A DNA stretch of 64,000 nt from SAR86 cluster bacterium (GCA_023703535.1 CP097967.1:92543-156542), one strand, 5' to 3'; counted from the stretch's first letter, positions 42,137 to 55,658 are shown. Numbers and translations are program-made. The notes: generated by a model from the letters alone, not told the origin.

Positions 42137-42685
42137 TTATAAAAAGCAACCTGTGCCTTTTAGGTTGCAATACCCATCTGGATTTTTTGCTAAATATTGT
42201 TGATGATAATCTTCTGCTGGAAATGTTTTAGTTTCAATCTTAATTTCGGTAGTTATTGGACCAAATCCTTTTTCATCTAATTTAGTTTGAAACACTTTTT
42301 TTGAAATATTTGCTGCATCTAATTGGTGGCTGTCTTTGCAAAAAATTACTGATCTATATTGCTCCCCAATATCATTACCTTGTCTCATCCCTTGTGTTGG
42401 ATCATGACATTCCCAAAAGGTTTTAAGAATTGTTTCAAATTTGATCTGCTTTTGGTCATAAAAAACATTTACTGTCTCAACATGCCCAGTTACTCCCATA
42501 CATACTTCCTCATAAGTTGGATTATCTCTTCTTCCTCCTGAGTAGGATACATAAGTTGTCCATACTCCCGGAAGTTCCCAAAAAAGCCTTTCAACACCCC
42601 AAAAACATCCAGCTCCTAAAATTATTTCTTTTACTGATTCTGGATAGGATTTAAATAACTCTCTATCAGTGACATAGTGTTTCAT
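42137..42685 (-). CDS. msrA: Peptide methionine sulfoxide reductase A
   Basis: GAGCFWGVE, HDPTQGMRQGNDIGEQYRS, AEDYHQQYL, GYC; likely start ATG 42685. Confidence 0.96.
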   Translation of the reverse strand: MKHYVTDRELFKSYPESVKEIILGAGCFWGVERLFWELPGVWTTYVSYSGGRRDNPTYEEVCMGVTGHVETVNVFYDQKQIKFETILKTFWECHDPTQGMRQGNDIGEQYRSVIFCKDSHQLDAANISKKVFQTKLDEKGFGPITTEIKIETKTFPAEDYHQQYLAKNPDGYCNLKGTGCFL

Positions 42686-42704
42686 TAAGATAATTATATA
42701 TGTA

Positions 42705-42732
42705 TTGACTAACAAAAATGGAAGTTGATAAT
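42705..42732 (+). promoter_or_regulatory. Probable promoter of the tRNA-Tyr/Thr/tuf cluster
   Basis: TTGACT-16 bp-GATAAT, 14 nt upstream of tRNA-Tyr. Confidence 0.55.
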
Positions 42733-42746
42733 AACTACTTCAACTC

Positions 42747-42831
<85 letters not shown>

Positions 42832-42896
42832 TTTTTTAGTTTTTTTTAAAACTAATATAATGGTTGAAGCTTTGCTTTTTAGGGTTTATGATATGC

Positions 42897-42972
<76 letters not shown>

Positions 42973-42987
42973 AACATAGAGGTAATT

Positions 42988-44175
42988 ATGGCTAGAGAAA
43001 AATTTGATAGAAGCTTGCCACACATAAACGTGGGTACAATTGGACACGTTGATCATGGTAAGACAACGTTAACAGCAGCACTTACAAAGGTGTGTGCTGA
43101 TACATTTGGTGGTGAAGCAGTCGCTTTCGAGGGTATTGATAATGCACCTGAAGAGAAAGAAAGAGGCATAACTATTGCAACATCACACGTAGAATATAGT
43201 AGTGATCAAAGACATTATGCTCACGTTGACTGTCCAGGTCACGCTGACTATGTCAAAAATATGATTACTGGTGCCGCTCAGATGGACGGCGCTATATTAG
43301 TAGTTAGTGCGGCGGATGGCCCAATGCCACAAACAAGAGAACACATACTTCTGGCTAAACAGGTTGGGGTTCCTAATATTGTTGTTTATCTAAATAAAGC
43401 AGATATGGTTGATGATGAAGAACTCATTGAACTTGTAGAAATGGAAGTTCGTGAATTGCTTAACAAATACGATTTTCCTGGCGATGATACTCCAATCATA
43501 AAAGGAAGTGCGCTTAAAGCTTTAGAAGGTGACGCTAAGTACGTAGAAAGTGTTGTTGAATTAGTAAAATCTCTTGATTCTTACTTCCCAGAACCTGAAA
43601 GACCTATTGATAAGCCTTTCTTAATGCCTATCGAGGATGTCTTTACTATTTCAGGTAGAGGTACTGTTGTGACAGGTAGAGTTGAAAGAGGAATCGTCAA
43701 GACAGGTGACGAGTTGGAGATTGTTGGGATTAAAGATACCGCAAAAACAACTTGTACTGGTGTTGAAATGTTCAGAAAAACACTTGATGAGGGTCGAGCA
43801 GGAGAGAACTGTGGTGTGTTACTTAGAGGAACAGAAAGAGATGACGTTGAAAGAGGTCAAGTTCTTGCTATTCCAGGTTCAGTGAAGCCACATACAAAAT
43901 TTACTGCAAAGATCACTGTTTTAAGTAAAGAAGAAGGTGGAAGACATACACCATTCTTTAAAGGTTATAGACCACAATTTTATTTCAGAACTACTGATGT
44001 TACTGGTGAAGTTAATTTACCTGACGGTGTTGAAATGGTTATGCCAGGGGATACCGTTGACGAACTTAACTGTGAACTTATCGCTCCAATTGCTATGGAA
44101 GAGGGATTGAGCTTTGCTGTAAGAGAAGGTGGTAGAACTGTAGGCGCAGGAATTGTGCTTAAGATTGTTGCCTAA
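42988..44175 (+). CDS. tuf: Elongation factor Tu
   Basis: [25 protein letters not shown]. Confidence 0.99.
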   Translation: MAREKFDRSLPHINVGTIGHVDHGKTTLTAALTKVCADTFGGEAVAFEGIDNAPEEKERGITIATSHVEYSSDQRHYAHVDCPGHADYVKNMITGAAQMDGAILVVSAADGPMPQTREHILLAKQVGVPNIVVYLNKADMVDDEELIELVEMEVRELLNKYDFPGDDTPIIKGSALKALEGDAKYVESVVELVKSLDSYFPEPERPIDKPFLMPIEDVFTISGRGTVVTGRVERGIVKTGDELEIVGIKDTAKTTCTGVEMFRKTLDEGRAGENCGVLLRGTERDDVERGQVLAIPGSVKPHTKFTAKITVLSKEEGGRHTPFFKGYRPQFYFRTTDVTGEVNLPDGVEMVMPGDTVDELNCELIAPIAMEEGLSFAVREGGRTVGAGIVLKIVA

Positions 44176-44218
44176 ATTTTTAAAGGTTTCTTTAGAAGGT
44201 TATAATAGGAGATCGCAA

Positions 44219-44294
44219 AGGCCTGTAGCTCAATTGGCAGAGCGGCGGTCTCCAAAACCGCAGGTTGTGGGTTCGATTCCCTCCAGGCCTGCCA
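44219..44294 (+). tRNA. tRNA-Trp(CCA)
   Basis: 76 nt, GCGGT-CTCCAAA-ACCGC, CCA end; TATAAT at 44201-44206 upstream. Confidence 0.97.
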
Positions 44295-44303
44295 TTTAAA
44301 ACA

Positions 44304-44651
44304 ATGAACAGCACTCTTAATAATATTCTCTGGATTTCTTCCCTGATATTAGGGTTTGCAGCTGTTATATTATTCACTTACTTAGAGGATCTCGGTTTGC
44401 TATATCGAGTGCTTATATTAAGTGGTTTATTATTTGCTTCCTTGGGGCTACTTTCTAGAACTGAATTTGGGAAAAATGCAATGAAGCTTATAGTTGACGC
44501 AAGAACAGAGGTTTCTAAGGTTGTCTGGCCTGGAAGAGGTGAAACAACTCAAATGACTGTTGTGGTTTTAATAATGATTTTGATTTTAGCTTTAGTTTTC
44601 TGGGGCCTAGACTCATTGTTATCATTTCTCTCGAAATTTATTCTGAGTTAA
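44304..44651 (+). CDS. secE: Preprotein translocase SecE (3-TM type)
   Basis: EVSKVVWP motif, three TM segments; ATG 44304. Confidence 0.93.
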   Translation: MNSTLNNILWISSLILGFAAVILFTYLEDLGLLYRVLILSGLLFASLGLLSRTEFGKNAMKLIVDARTEVSKVVWPGRGETTQMTVVVLIMILILALVFWGLDSLLSFLSKFILS

Positions 44652-44654
44652 ATT

Positions 44655-45182
44655 ATGGACTGGTATATCATTCAAGCTTATTCTAACTGTGAAAAAAAAG
44701 TAAAAGCAGCACTAGAAGAGCGCATAGATATTTCGGGGTTATCTTCAAAGTTTGGTGAAATTATGATCCCTACCGAACAGGTAACAGAGTTAAAAAAAGG
44801 TCAAAAAAGACAAATCGAAAGAAAGTTTTTTCCTGGATATATGCTTGTACAGATGGAATTAGATGATGATACATGGCACTTAGTTAGAAAGACACCGAAT
44901 GTAATGGGTTTTCTAGGTGGAAATAAAACAAGACCAAGTCCACTCACTGAAAATGAATTAAATAAAATAGTAAATAGAGTTGATGAAGCTGTAGAGCAGC
45001 CAAAATTCAAAACAGTATTTGAATCCGGAGAAACTGTGAGAATAAACGATGGGCCATTTAATGATTTTAATGGTGTTGTTGAGGAAGTTGACTATGAGAA
45101 AAATCTTATTAAGGTTTCTGTAAGTATTTTTGGTAAATCTACTCCTGTAGAATTAAATTTCTCGCAAGTAGAAAAGGTATAA
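44655..45182 (+). CDS. nusG: Transcription factor NusG
   Basis: [37 protein letters not shown]. Confidence 0.97.
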   Translation: MDWYIIQAYSNCEKKVKAALEERIDISGLSSKFGEIMIPTEQVTELKKGQKRQIERKFFPGYMLVQMELDDDTWHLVRKTPNVMGFLGGNKTRPSPLTENELNKIVNRVDEAVEQPKFKTVFESGETVRINDGPFNDFNGVVEEVDYEKNLIKVSVSIFGKSTPVELNFSQVEKV

Positions 45183-45184
45183 GA

Positions 45185-45751
45185 ATGGCAAAAGAAGTGA
45201 TGACAATAATAAAACTGCAAGTTCCTGCAGGAGGTGCAAATCCAAGCCCACCAGTTGGTCCAGCTTTGGGCCAGCATGGACTAAATATAATGGATTTTTG
45301 TAACGCCTTTAACGAAAAAACTAAGGAAGTTGAAAAAGGTCTGAAAGTTCCTGTTGAGATTACAGTTTTTGAAGACAGAACATTTACATTCATAACAAAA
45401 TCACCTCCAGCATCAATTTTATTGAAAAAAGCTGCTTCAATTCCTAAAGGAAGTGGAGAGCCAAATAGAACAAAAGTGGCAAGAATTTCTTTAGAAAAAG
45501 TTAAAGAAATAGCTGAGATGAAGATGGAAGATTTAAATTCAAATGATATTGAATCTGCTATAAAAGTAATAAGTGGTACGGCTAGAAGTATGGGTATCGA
45601 AATTAAAGGAGTTTCAGATTCTGGTCAAGAAATAGTAGCGCCAGAGGAAGCAGCACCAGCAGACGCTACAGCAGAAGAAGAAGTGCCAGCAGAAGATGCA
45701 GCACCAGCAGAAGATGCTCCAGCTGATGTGAAAGAAGAAGAGTCAAAATAA
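45185..45751 (+). CDS. rplK: 50S ribosomal protein uL11 with acidic C-terminal tail
   Basis: [16 protein letters not shown]; residues 142-188 are extra. Confidence 0.96.
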   Translation: MAKEVMTIIKLQVPAGGANPSPPVGPALGQHGLNIMDFCNAFNEKTKEVEKGLKVPVEITVFEDRTFTFITKSPPASILLKKAASIPKGSGEPNRTKVARISLEKVKEIAEMKMEDLNSNDIESAIKVISGTARSMGIEIKGVSDSGQEIVAPEEAAPADATAEEEVPAEDAAPAEDAPADVKEEESK

Positions 45752-45753
45752 TT

Positions 45754-46437
45754 ATGAAAGAAACAAAATACAAAAAAGCCTTAGGTGCTCTAGACGAAGA
45801 TAAAAGTTATAGCACTGAAGAAGCGCTGGAATTAATTCTAAAACAGCCAAAAAGAAAATTTCAAGAAACTGTTGATATTTCAGTATGGTTAGGAATAGAT
45901 CCAAAGAAATCTGAGCAAAACATACGAGGTTCTCTAACTCTTCCAAACTCATTGGGTAAAGAAGTTAAAGTTGCTGCTTTTGTAGATTCAGATAAAGCTG
46001 ATGAGGCAAAAAAAGGCGGAGCAGATTTTATTGGATTAGATGATTTGATAGAAAAATATAAAGATGGAAATATAGACTTTGATGTTGCTATCACTACTCC
46101 AGCTCAAATGAAGAATGTATCTAAACTTGCAAAAGTTTTGGGTCCTAAAGGTTTAATGCCGAGCCCTAAATCTGGGACTGTTACGGAAAATATAGATAAA
46201 GCTGTCAAGGAAATAAAACATGGACAAGTAAGGTTTAAAGCAGAACAAGAAGGTATAGTGCAAGGCACTATTGCAAATGTAAGTATGAAAAAAGTTCAAC
46301 TTAAAGAAAATTTTGATTCTTTTATTAATGAACTTAAAAGATTGAAACCTGCTTCTTCAAAAGGAATATATTTTAAAAGTGTTTTTCTCTCGACAACTAT
46401 GGGTCCAGGGTATAGAATTGACACTTCTCAATTTTGA
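45754..46437 (+). CDS. rplA: 50S ribosomal protein uL1
   Basis: LGPKGLMPSPKSGT, STTMGPG. Confidence 0.97.
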   Translation: MKETKYKKALGALDEDKSYSTEEALELILKQPKRKFQETVDISVWLGIDPKKSEQNIRGSLTLPNSLGKEVKVAAFVDSDKADEAKKGGADFIGLDDLIEKYKDGNIDFDVAITTPAQMKNVSKLAKVLGPKGLMPSPKSGTVTENIDKAVKEIKHGQVRFKAEQEGIVQGTIANVSMKKVQLKENFDSFINELKRLKPASSKGIYFKSVFLSTTMGPGYRIDTSQF

Positions 46438-46439
46438 GA

Positions 46440-46515
46440 TATCAAAGACTGTAGGTGCCTTGCTTAATTTCCTACATAGATAAATCAAATGATTATCTAT
46501 TAATGTCTTTAGTAA
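46440..46515 (+). promoter_or_regulatory. Probable L10 leader (rplJL autoregulatory RNA)
   Basis: AAGAC-TGTAGG...CCTACA-TAGA stem with a later GTCTT pairing to AAGAC, in the rplA-rplJ gap. Confidence 0.65.
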
Positions 46516-46525
46516 AAATATAAAA

Positions 46526-47047
46526 ATGGCTTTAAGTGTAGATGATAAAAAAAGAATTGTAGCCGACATTAGCAGCTTTGCTAATGATTCAAGCTCATTA
46601 GTCCTTGCAGATGCAAGGGGTTTAAATGTTTCCGAAGCCAATCAACTAAGATCGGAAGGACATAAATCAAACGTAAAATTTGTTGTAGTTAAAAATACAT
46701 TGGTCAAGCTAGCATTTAAAGGAACAACATACGAAGGTTTAGATGACTATCTAACAGGACCCACAATGTTAGGTTTTTCTTATGATGAACCAGGTGCAGC
46801 AGCAAAAATTCTTAGAAAATATTCAAAGTCGAACGAAAACCTAACAATAAAAGGTTTATCGGTTGATGGAGTGCATCTCGAAGGCTCAGAAATAGACAAA
46901 TTAGCCTCATTACCAACATTTAATGAAGCTATTTCAAAAATTGCTGGACTTTTGAAGGCACCTTTGGGTAAAATTGCATCTCTCATGAATGAGATTCCTT
47001 CAAAGTTTGCAAGAACCCTTCATGGTGTAAAAGAGCAAAAAGGTTAA
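46526..47047 (+). CDS. rplJ: 50S ribosomal protein uL10
   Basis: VVKNTL, GPT, LASLPT. Confidence 0.96.
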   Translation: MALSVDDKKRIVADISSFANDSSSLVLADARGLNVSEANQLRSEGHKSNVKFVVVKNTLVKLAFKGTTYEGLDDYLTGPTMLGFSYDEPGAAAKILRKYSKSNENLTIKGLSVDGVHLEGSEIDKLASLPTFNEAISKIAGLLKAPLGKIASLMNEIPSKFARTLHGVKEQKG

Positions 47048-47056
47048 GGAGATATA

Positions 47057-47446
47057 ATGGCAACGAAAGAAGAAATATTAGAATCTATATCCAAAATGTC
47101 TGTAATGGACCTTGTGGATCTTATTAAAGAAATCGAAGAAAAATTTGATGTATCAGCTGCGGCAGTAGCAGCTCCAGTTGCAGTCGCTGCAGGCGGTGCA
47201 AGTGCGGAAGCTGGTGGTGAGGCCGCTGAAGAAAAAAGTTCATTTGACGTCGTATTAACTGCTTCAGGAGATAAGAAGGTAGCAGTTATTAAAGCCGTTA
47301 GAGCGGCTACAGATCTTGGACTAAAAGAAGCTAAAGATTTAGTCGATGGTGCTCCCAAAACTGTGAAAGAAGGAGCAAAAAAAGATGAAGCTGAAGCTTT
47401 GGTTGCTGCTTTACAAGAAGCAGGAGCTCAAGCAGAAATGAAATAA
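47057..47446 (+). CDS. rplL: 50S ribosomal protein bL12
   Basis: Ala-rich hinge, [18 protein letters not shown]. Confidence 0.98.
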   Translation: MATKEEILESISKMSVMDLVDLIKEIEEKFDVSAAAVAAPVAVAAGGASAEAGGEAAEEKSSFDVVLTASGDKKVAVIKAVRAATDLGLKEAKDLVDGAPKTVKEGAKKDEAEALVAALQEAGAQAEMK

Positions 47447-47485
47447 TCTTATATAATAAAAATTGTAAGGCCCTATAAATAATTA

Positions 47486-50400
47486 ATGACATACTCTTTT
47501 ACTGAGAAAAAACGAATTAGAAGACAATTCGGTACACTCCCTGACGTCATGGAGTTGCCATATCTTGTTAAAACACAAACTGATTCATATCGTGATTTTC
47601 TTCAAGCTTCAAGCGATCCTGATAAAAGAGATAATAAAGGCTTAGAAGAAGTCTTCAGATCAATCTTTCCTATAAATAGTGCTTCTCAAAATGCTGCGCT
47701 TGATTATGTCAGTTATGAGCTTGAAGATTGTTTATATACTCCAGAGGAATGCAGGCTAAAAAGTATATCTTACGCAGCAAAATTGCATGTAAACCTTCAA
47801 CTAAGGCTAATGGATAAAAATACACAATATAAAACTGTTAAAGAAAAGGGAATAAGCCCTGACCGAGTTTTTCTTGGTGAAATTCCTCTCATGACAAAAG
47901 ATGGAAGTTTTGTTGTTAATGGAACTGAAAGAGTTGTGGTATCCCAATTACATAGATCACCTGGCGTGTTTTTTGATCATGACAAGGGCAAAACTCATGC
48001 CTCTGGAAAAGTACTGTATGCAGCAAGAATTATCCCTTACAGAGGCTCTTGGCTGGATTATGAATTTGATGCAAAAGATTTAATTTATGCTCGTATAGAT
48101 AGAAAAAGAAAATTTCCTGCAACTGCAATATTAAAGGCTCTAGACCTTTCAGATATAGAAATTTTAAATGCTTTTTATGAGTCTCTAGATGTGGAAATAA
48201 ATAATAAGAAAATTTATCTAAATGTTGACCCTAAAAATTTCAAAGGAAAGGCTTTTGACTTTGACCTTAAAGTAGGAAATTTAGAAGTTGTATCGGGGAA
48301 AAGAATAAATGCAAAAGTTGCAAATGAACTAGAAAAACAAAAAAACAAAAGCCTTGAAATAGACTTTGATAATTTTATAGATCAAACAATTGCGGAAGAC
48401 ATCATTGACAAAGAATCAGGAGAGGTCCTCGTTACAGCAAATACAAAACTCGATAAAACAATATTAAAGAAATTAATTGAAAGTGATTTTAGCTTCAAAA
48501 TTCTCTATATAAATAGTATCGATAGTGGGTCATATATTGCTGATACATTAAGAAATGATCCAAGCACTAATAGACTTGAAGCGCTAGTTGATATTTACAG
48601 AATGTTGAGACCTGGAGAGCCTCCAACAAAAGAATCAACTGAAGTTTTATTTAATAACCTTTTCTTTTCCGAGGATAGATATGACTTATCAGATGTTGGA
48701 AGGATGAAATTAAATTGGAGATTAAAAATTGAGGATAGAACAGATGTTCACGTTCTAACAAAAGAGGATATTATTGCCGTTCTAAAGAAACTAGTTGATA
48801 TAAGAAATGGTAAAGATACTGTCGATGACATTGATCATTTAGGTAACAGAAGAATTAGATCTGTTGGAGAGATGACAGCTAATCAATTAAGAATTGCCCT
48901 TGTAAGAGTTGAGAGGGCTGTAAAAGATAGATTAGGAATGGCTGAAACTGAGGGTTATAAACCTTCAGATCTTATAAATGCTAAACCTATAACTGCTGCA
49001 TTTAAGGAATTTTTTGGTTCAAGTCAGCTATCACAATTTATGGATCAGAATAATCCTTTATCAGAAATTACACACAAAAGAAGAGTTTCAGCTTTAGGCC
49101 CCGGTGGATTATCAAGAGAAAGAGCGGGTTTTGAGGTACGAGATGTTCATCCCACACATTATGGTAGAGTTTGTCCGATTGAAACTCCTGAAGGTCCTAA
49201 TATTGGACTAATTAATTCTTTATCATCTTACGCAAGGACTGATAGATATGGTTTTATTGAAACTCCATATAGAGTTGTAAAAGAGGGAAAGGTTACTGAT
49301 GAGATAATTTATCTCTCTCCAATAATGGAGAGTAATCACTATATTGCGCAGGCAAATGTTGAGCTCGACAAAAAAGGAAAATTTACATCAGATTTTGTAA
49401 CAGCAAGACATCAAGGTGAAACAAGTTTAACAAGCGTTGGAATGATTACATTAATGGATGTATCACCAAAACAAGTCCTATCTGTTGCTGCATCACTTAT
49501 ACCATTTTTAGAAAATAACGATGCCAACAGAGCACTCATGGGATCAAACATGATGAGACAGGCAGTACCTACACTTATTCCTCAAAAACCTTTGGTGGGA
49601 ACTGGTTTAGAAAGACAAGTTGCAAGAGACTCAGGTGTATGTGTTGTTGCAAATAACTCTGGAGTTGTTGATTCAGTTGATGGTGGAAGAATAGTTATAA
49701 AAGTTTCTAGTGGGGATAGTGTAAGTGTTGATATATATAATCTCGTTAAATATACAAGATCGAACCAAAACACATGCATAAATCAAAGACCGCTTGTTAA
49801 AAAAGGAGATGTTGTAAAAGCAGGTGACATTATAGCTGACGGGCCATCAATAGATCTTGGAGAGTTAGCAATTGGACAGAATATGAGAATAGCTTTTATG
49901 CCATGGAACGGATTTAATTATGAAGATTCTATTCTAGTTTCAGAAAGGGTTGTTCAAGAGGATAGACTTACAAGCATTCATATCCAAGAACTCACTTGCA
50001 CAACAAGAGATACAAAACTTGGTATGGAAGAAATTACTTCAGACATCCCAGGTGTAAGCGAATCAGCTTTATCAAAATTAGATGAAAATGGAATTGTTTA
50101 TGTTGGAGCAAAAGTAGAGGCTGGAGATATTTTAGTTGGGAAAGTTACGCCAAAAGGTGAAACACAACTGTCACCTGAAGAAAAATTACTTAAAGCTATA
50201 TTTGGAGAGAAGGCATCAGATATTAAAGACACTTCATTGAGAGTGCCGTCAAGTGTAAGTGGAACAGTCATTGATGTTCAAATCTTTACACGAGATGGAG
50301 TTGATAAAAATCCGCGTGCTAAAAGTAATGAAGATCTAATGATGTCTGAATTTAGCAAAGATTTAGATGATGAAATGCGAATTGTTACTAATTCACTTAA

Positions 50401-51538
50401 AAATACAATCATTCAAGCTTTAAAGAAAGAGAATTTAATAAAAGCAAAAGGGAAATTAACTCAAGAGTCTTTGGAAGAAATGGATTTAGCAGCCGTTCTT
50501 AAAATAAAAATAACCAATAAAAAAATTACAGAACTTCAAAAAAATGTTTCAGATCAATTCAAAAAATACCAAGCTGAAAATAAAGAAAAAATGAATATTT
50601 TTAAGCAAAAAGTTGCTGGTGGAAATGATTTGGCTCCAGGTGTACTTTCTGTTATTAAAGTTTATTTAGCTGTAAAAAGAAAAATACAAGCAGGCGATAA
50701 GCTTGCTGGAAGACATGGTAATAAAGGTGTTATTTCAAGCATTGTTCCAGTTGAGGATATGCCCTACGATGAAAATGGTGAACCAGTAGATATAATTCTA
50801 AATCCTCTTGGTGTACCGTCAAGAATGAATGTAGGTCAGATTTTAGAGACGCACTTAGGGCTTGCTTCAAAAGGTCTTGGTAACCTGATTGATAAGATGC
50901 TAAAAAATAAAGAAAAATTAGATAAAGTTAAAAAAGTTTTAAATGATATATATTCTTTTGGACCTAGAACTAAAGATGATGTTGGTTCAATGAAAGATAT
51001 TGAGCTTAAGGAACTTTCAGAAAACTTGAAAGATGGTGTTCCATTTGCAACGCCAGTTTTTGATGGAGCAAATGAACACCAAATAAAAGAACTTCTTAAA
51101 TATGCTGGACTACCTGAAAGCGGCCAATTTGATTTATATGACGGACGAACAGGTGAAAAATTTGATAGGCCAGTTACGGTTGGTTATATGTATATGTTAA
51201 AACTTAATCACTTAATCGATGACAAGATGCACGCCAGATCTACAGGTTCATATAGTCTTGTTACACAACAGCCTTTGGGAGGAAAAGCTCAATTTGGTGG
51301 ACAAAGGTTTGGGGAAATGGAAGTTTGGGCTCTTGAGGCTTATGGTGCTGCCTATACTCTGCAAGAAATGTTAACAGTTAAATCGGATGACATAATTGGA
51401 AGATCAAAAGTTTATAAAAATATCGTAGACGGTAACTATGAGGTTGATTCAGGTGTACCAGAATCATTTAACGTTTTAAGTAAAGAAATTAAGGCTCTTG
51501 GCCTTAATCTTGAGTTGGAGGACTCATCAGAGGAATAA
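47486..51538 (+). CDS. rpoB: RNA polymerase beta subunit
   Basis: [42 protein letters not shown]. Confidence 0.99.
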   Translation: MTYSFTEKKRIRRQFGTLPDVMELPYLVKTQTDSYRDFLQASSDPDKRDNKGLEEVFRSIFPINSASQNAALDYVSYELEDCLYTPEECRLKSISYAAKLHVNLQLRLMDKNTQYKTVKEKGISPDRVFLGEIPLMTKDGSFVVNGTERVVVSQLHRSPGVFFDHDKGKTHASGKVLYAARIIPYRGSWLDYEFDAKDLIYARIDRKRKFPATAILKALDLSDIEILNAFYESLDVEINNKKIYLNVDPKNFKGKAFDFDLKVGNLEVVSGKRINAKVANELEKQKNKSLEIDFDNFIDQTIAEDIIDKESGEVLVTANTKLDKTILKKLIESDFSFKILYINSIDSGSYIADTLRNDPSTNRLEALVDIYRMLRPGEPPTKESTEVLFNNLFFSEDRYDLSDVGRMKLNWRLKIEDRTDVHVLTKEDIIAVLKKLVDIRNGKDTVDDIDHLGNRRIRSVGEMTANQLRIALVRVERAVKDRLGMAETEGYKPSDLINAKPITAAFKEFFGSSQLSQFMDQNNPLSEITHKRRVSALGPGGLSRERAGFEVRDVHPTHYGRVCPIETPEGPNIGLINSLSSYARTDRYGFIETPYRVVKEGKVTDEIIYLSPIMESNHYIAQANVELDKKGKFTSDFVTARHQGETSLTSVGMITLMDVSPKQVLSVAASLIPFLENNDANRALMGSNMMRQAVPTLIPQKPLVGTGLERQVARDSGVCVVANNSGVVDSVDGGRIVIKVSSGDSVSVDIYNLVKYTRSNQNTCINQRPLVKKGDVVKAGDIIADGPSIDLGELAIGQNMRIAFMPWNGFNYEDSILVSERVVQEDRLTSIHIQELTCTTRDTKLGMEEITSDIPGVSESALSKLDENGIVYVGAKVEAGDILVGKVTPKGETQLSPEEKLLKAIFGEKASDIKDTSLRVPSSVSGTVIDVQIFTRDGVDKNPRAKSNEDLMMSEFSKDLDDEMRIVTNSLKNTIIQALKKENLIKAKGKLTQESLEEMDLAAVLKIKITNKKITELQKNVSDQFKKYQAENKEKMNIFKQKVAGGNDLAPGVLSVIKVYLAVKRKIQAGDKLAGRHGNKGVISSIVPVEDMPYDENGEPVDIILNPLGVPSRMNVGQILETHLGLASKGLGNLIDKMLKNKEKLDKVKKVLNDIYSFGPRTKDDVGSMKDIELKELSENLKDGVPFATPVFDGANEHQIKELLKYAGLPESGQFDLYDGRTGEKFDRPVTVGYMYMLKLNHLIDDKMHARSTGSYSLVTQQPLGGKAQFGGQRFGEMEVWALEAYGAAYTLQEMLTVKSDDIIGRSKVYKNIVDGNYEVDSGVPESFNVLSKEIKALGLNLELEDSSEE

Positions 51539-51539
51539 C

Positions 51540-54500
51540 ATGCAAGACATAATTAAAAATATTAATAAAAGTTCAAAAAGAAATTTTGATCTAATATCTT
51601 GTGGTTTAGCTTCACCGCAAATGATCAGATCTTGGTCTTGGGGTGAAGTAAAAAAACCAGAGACCATAAATTATAGAACCTTCAAACCTGAAAGAGATGG
51701 TCTTTTCTGTGCAAGGATATTTGGACCTGTCAAAGATTTTGAATGTCTTTGTGGAAAATATAAAAGAAGAAAACATAGAGGTGTTATTTGTGAAAAATGT
51801 GGTGTAGAAGTAACAGCAACAAAAGTAAGACGTGAGAGAATGGGGCATATTGAGCTAGCCTCTCCTGTTGCTCATATTTGGTTCTTAAAATCTCTCCCAT
51901 CTCGAATAGGTCTCTTCCTTGATATGACTCTAAGAGAAATAGAAAGAGTTCTTTATTACGAAAGTTACGTTGTTGTTGAGGCAGGGATAACTGATCTCAC
52001 AAAAGGACAACTTCTCACTGAAGAGGAATACTCCGAAGCTTTAGATGAATATGATGACGACTTTACAGCACTCATGGGTGCAGAAGCTATTCAAATTCTA
52101 CTCACTGATGTAGATATGGAAAAAGAAACACAATTTATTAAAGAAGAATTAAATACTAGTGGTTCCGAGACAAAAATTAAAAAACTTCAAAAAAGACTGA
52201 AATTGATGGAGGCCTTTAAAGAAAGCGGTCAAAAACCTGAATGGATGATAATGAATGTTTTGCCAATTTTACCTCCAGACCTAAGACCATTAGTTCCATT
52301 AGATGGTGGAAGATTTGCAACATCTGACTTAAATGATTTATACAGAAGAGTAATAAATAGAAATAACAGGTTAAAGAGACTTCTTGAACTAGGAGCTCCA
52401 GAAATCATTGTTAGAAATGAAAAAAGAATGCTGCAAGAGTCAGTTGATGCTTTGCTTGACAATGGAAGAAGAGGTAGAGCTATTCTTGGAACAAACAAAA
52501 GACCATTAAAATCCCTTGCAGATATGATTAAAGGCAAACAAGGAAGATTTCGTCAGAATCTATTAGGTAAGAGAGTTGATTATTCTGGACGTTCAGTAAT
52601 TGTTTCTGGGCCAACCTTAAAATTACATCAATGTGGGCTGCCAAAAAAAATGGCACTTGAGCTCTTCAAGCCTTTCATATTAAACAGATTAGAACAAAAG
52701 GGTATAACGGTCACAATAAAAGCTTCAAAACAATTAGTAGAAGAGGAAGCACCAGAGGTTTGGGATTGTTTAGATGAGGTGATAAGGGAACATCCTGTGC
52801 TATTAAACAGAGCTCCAACTTTACATAGGCTTGGCATTCAGGCATTTGAGCCAATTCTTATTGAGGGCAAGGCAATTCAATTGCATCCTCTAGTATGTGT
52901 TGCATTTAATGCAGACTTTGATGGAGATCAAATGGCTGTACACGTTCCTTTATCCTTAGAAGCTCAATTGGAGGCAAGGGCATTAATGATGTCAACAAAC
53001 AACATACTTTCACCTGCAAGTGGAGAGCCAATAATACAACCAAATCAAGATGTAGTTTTAGGGGTTTATTACTTAACTAAAGAGGATAAAGATGTAGAAG
53101 AAAAGACAAGGACATTTGTTGATGTTCATGAGGTTAAAAGAGCATATTTAGAGAAACAAGTAAGCCTTCATTCAAAAGTAAATGTACGAATTAAAAAAGC
53201 TGAGGGTTTAAAAATTGTCTCAACTACAGTTGGAAGATGCTTATTTTTTGAAATCATGCCGCAGGAATTAGATTTTGAAGAAGTAAATAAAACATTTAAG
53301 AAAAAAGATATTCTTAAACTTATTTACAAAGTTTACAGAGATTTTGGTCTAAAAGAATCTGTTCTATTTGCAGATAAGTTGATGTATCTAGGGTTTGAAT
53401 ATTCAACTACTTCTGGAGCTTCAATTGGTGTAAATGACTTTGAGATCCCTGATGACAAAAATGAAATTATCTCTAAAGCAGAATCAGAAGTTAAAAATAT
53501 TGAGCAACAGTTTGAATCAGGACTTCTAACAAAAGGAGAGAAATACAATAAAATTATTGATATCTGGTCAAGGACTAATGAAAAGGTTGCATCTTCAATG
53601 ATGAAAGCTCTTGGCGATAAAGTAGAAGTTGATAAAAATGGTAATGAGGAAGTAATTCCATCATTTAACAGTGTATTTATGTATGCAGATTCCGGAGCAA
53701 GAGGTTCCGCGGCACAAATACGACAGTTAGCTGGAATGAGAGGTCTTATGTCCAAACCTGATGGGAGTATTATTGAGAGTGCAATTACATCAAACTTCAG
53801 AGAAGGCCTATCGATGCTTGAATACTTTACTTCAACCCATGGTGCACGAAAAGGTCTCGCAGATACTGCTCTTAAAACAGCAAACTCTGGATATCTTACA
53901 AGAAGACTAGTAGACGTATCGCAGGATGTCGTAATAACTACTGACGATTGTGAAACTACTGAAGGAATAACAGTTGAGGCCATTATTGATGGTGCTTCTG
54001 TGATTCAAACCATTTCAGAAAGAATTCTTGGCAGGGTTTTACAAGAGGATATTAAAAAAGATGGGAAAGTTTTATTTGAAAAAGGACATTTATTTGATGA
54101 AGAGTCAGCAGAGGTAGTACAAAATTCAGGGATCAAAAAAGTAAAAATTCGCTCACCAATTACATGCGAGGCATCTCTTGGTTTGTGCGCAAAATGTTAT
54201 GGGAGAGATTTAGCTCGTGGACACTTAGTTCATGTAGGTGAGTCTGTAGGAGTTGTAGCAGCACAATCAATTGGAGAGCCTGGTACACAACTTACAATGA
54301 GGACATTCCATATAGGTGGTGCCGCTTCAGGTTCAGCTGAAGACGATTCAATAACAACGCTTCGTGGTGGAAAAATAGTTTTTGATGCATCACTAAAGAC
54401 GGTTGAAAAGAAAAATGGAGAAGCAATTGTTATCTCTAGAAACGCTTATTTAACTATACAAGATGACGATGAAAATCTTCTTGAAAAATACTCAATTCCT

Positions 54501-55658
54501 TATGGAGCAGAAATTCTTCATACAAACAATACAAAGGTCGACCCTGGAACACTTATTGCAAAGTGGGATCCTCTTACTCTACCTATTATTTCGGAACAAG
54601 AGGGAACAATTGTTTTTGCTGATCTAACAGAGGATGTAACTATGAAAGTTGATATTGACGAATTGACAGGATCAACTAAGAGAGAAGTTATTGATGTTAA
54701 TGAAAGGCCACTAAAAGGAAAAGGAATGACACCAACAATTAGCGTTCTGAATGATAAGAAAAAAGCTCTTGCAACTTATACACTTCCTTCAAAATCAATT
54801 TTGATGAAAAACAATAGTAATAAGGTTTCTAAGGGAGAATTTATAGCTAGAGTACCTGTCGAAGGAACAAAAACAAAAGACATTACAGGTGGTTTACCAA
54901 GAGTTGCAGATTTATTTGAGGCAAGAAAACCTAAAGATGGTGCAATTTATTCTGAACTTTCTGGAGTGCTTTCATATGGAAAAGAAACTAAGGGACGTAA
55001 AAGACTTGTGATTACACCAGAAAAAGGTGAGCCGTGGGAAGTTATGGTTCATAAATACAGAGCTGTTTCCTTCTTAGAAGGAGACACTGTTCAAAGAGGT
55101 GATATTCTTTGTTACGGACCTACCGATACACACAGCTTATTGCATTTACATGGTGTTGAAGAATTAGCTAAACACTTAATATCTGAAGTTCAGGATGTAT
55201 ATAGATTGCAAGGCGTTGTTATTAACGACAAACATATAGAAGTAATAACAAGACAAATGCTGAAGAAAGTTACAGTTATTGATTCAGGAGATAGCGGCTT
55301 CATTGAAGGGGATGTCTTAGAAATTGCAAAAGTAAGAGCTGAAAATAAAACTTTAGAGGATTCAGGTAAAAAGCCTGTTAAATTTGAGAGAATGCTGCTA
55401 GGGATAACAAAAGCAGCGTTATCGACTGATTCATTTATATCGGCAGCTTCTTTCCAAGAAACTACAAGGGTTTTAACTGAAGCGGCTGTCACAAGCAGAA
55501 AAGACATCTTAAAAGGTTTAAAAGAAAATGTAGTTGTTGGTAGATTAATTCCTGCTGGAACAGGGTTTGCAGCAAATCAAAAAGCAAGTGTATCTTCAGA
55601 AGAAATACAAGATATTGAAGAGGCATTGAAAAAAGAACTTCTAGAGAGCTTTCAGTAA
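51540..55658 (+). CDS. rpoC: RNA polymerase beta' subunit
   Basis: [11 protein letters not shown], Zn-ribbon cysteines; likely start ATG 51540. Confidence 0.99.
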   Translation: MQDIIKNINKSSKRNFDLISCGLASPQMIRSWSWGEVKKPETINYRTFKPERDGLFCARIFGPVKDFECLCGKYKRRKHRGVICEKCGVEVTATKVRRERMGHIELASPVAHIWFLKSLPSRIGLFLDMTLREIERVLYYESYVVVEAGITDLTKGQLLTEEEYSEALDEYDDDFTALMGAEAIQILLTDVDMEKETQFIKEELNTSGSETKIKKLQKRLKLMEAFKESGQKPEWMIMNVLPILPPDLRPLVPLDGGRFATSDLNDLYRRVINRNNRLKRLLELGAPEIIVRNEKRMLQESVDALLDNGRRGRAILGTNKRPLKSLADMIKGKQGRFRQNLLGKRVDYSGRSVIVSGPTLKLHQCGLPKKMALELFKPFILNRLEQKGITVTIKASKQLVEEEAPEVWDCLDEVIREHPVLLNRAPTLHRLGIQAFEPILIEGKAIQLHPLVCVAFNADFDGDQMAVHVPLSLEAQLEARALMMSTNNILSPASGEPIIQPNQDVVLGVYYLTKEDKDVEEKTRTFVDVHEVKRAYLEKQVSLHSKVNVRIKKAEGLKIVSTTVGRCLFFEIMPQELDFEEVNKTFKKKDILKLIYKVYRDFGLKESVLFADKLMYLGFEYSTTSGASIGVNDFEIPDDKNEIISKAESEVKNIEQQFESGLLTKGEKYNKIIDIWSRTNEKVASSMMKALGDKVEVDKNGNEEVIPSFNSVFMYADSGARGSAAQIRQLAGMRGLMSKPDGSIIESAITSNFREGLSMLEYFTSTHGARKGLADTALKTANSGYLTRRLVDVSQDVVITTDDCETTEGITVEAIIDGASVIQTISERILGRVLQEDIKKDGKVLFEKGHLFDEESAEVVQNSGIKKVKIRSPITCEASLGLCAKCYGRDLARGHLVHVGESVGVVAAQSIGEPGTQLTMRTFHIGGAASGSAEDDSITTLRGGKIVFDASLKTVEKKNGEAIVISRNAYLTIQDDDENLLEKYSIPYGAEILHTNNTKVDPGTLIAKWDPLTLPIISEQEGTIVFADLTEDVTMKVDIDELTGSTKREVIDVNERPLKGKGMTPTISVLNDKKKALATYTLPSKSILMKNNSNKVSKGEFIARVPVEGTKTKDITGGLPRVADLFEARKPKDGAIYSELSGVLSYGKETKGRKRLVITPEKGEPWEVMVHKYRAVSFLEGDTVQRGDILCYGPTDTHSLLHLHGVEELAKHLISEVQDVYRLQGVVINDKHIEVITRQMLKKVTVIDSGDSGFIEGDVLEIAKVRAENKTLEDSGKKPVKFERMLLGITKAALSTDSFISAASFQETTRVLTEAAVTSRKDILKGLKENVVVGRLIPAGTGFAANQKASVSSEEIQDIEEALKKELLESFQ

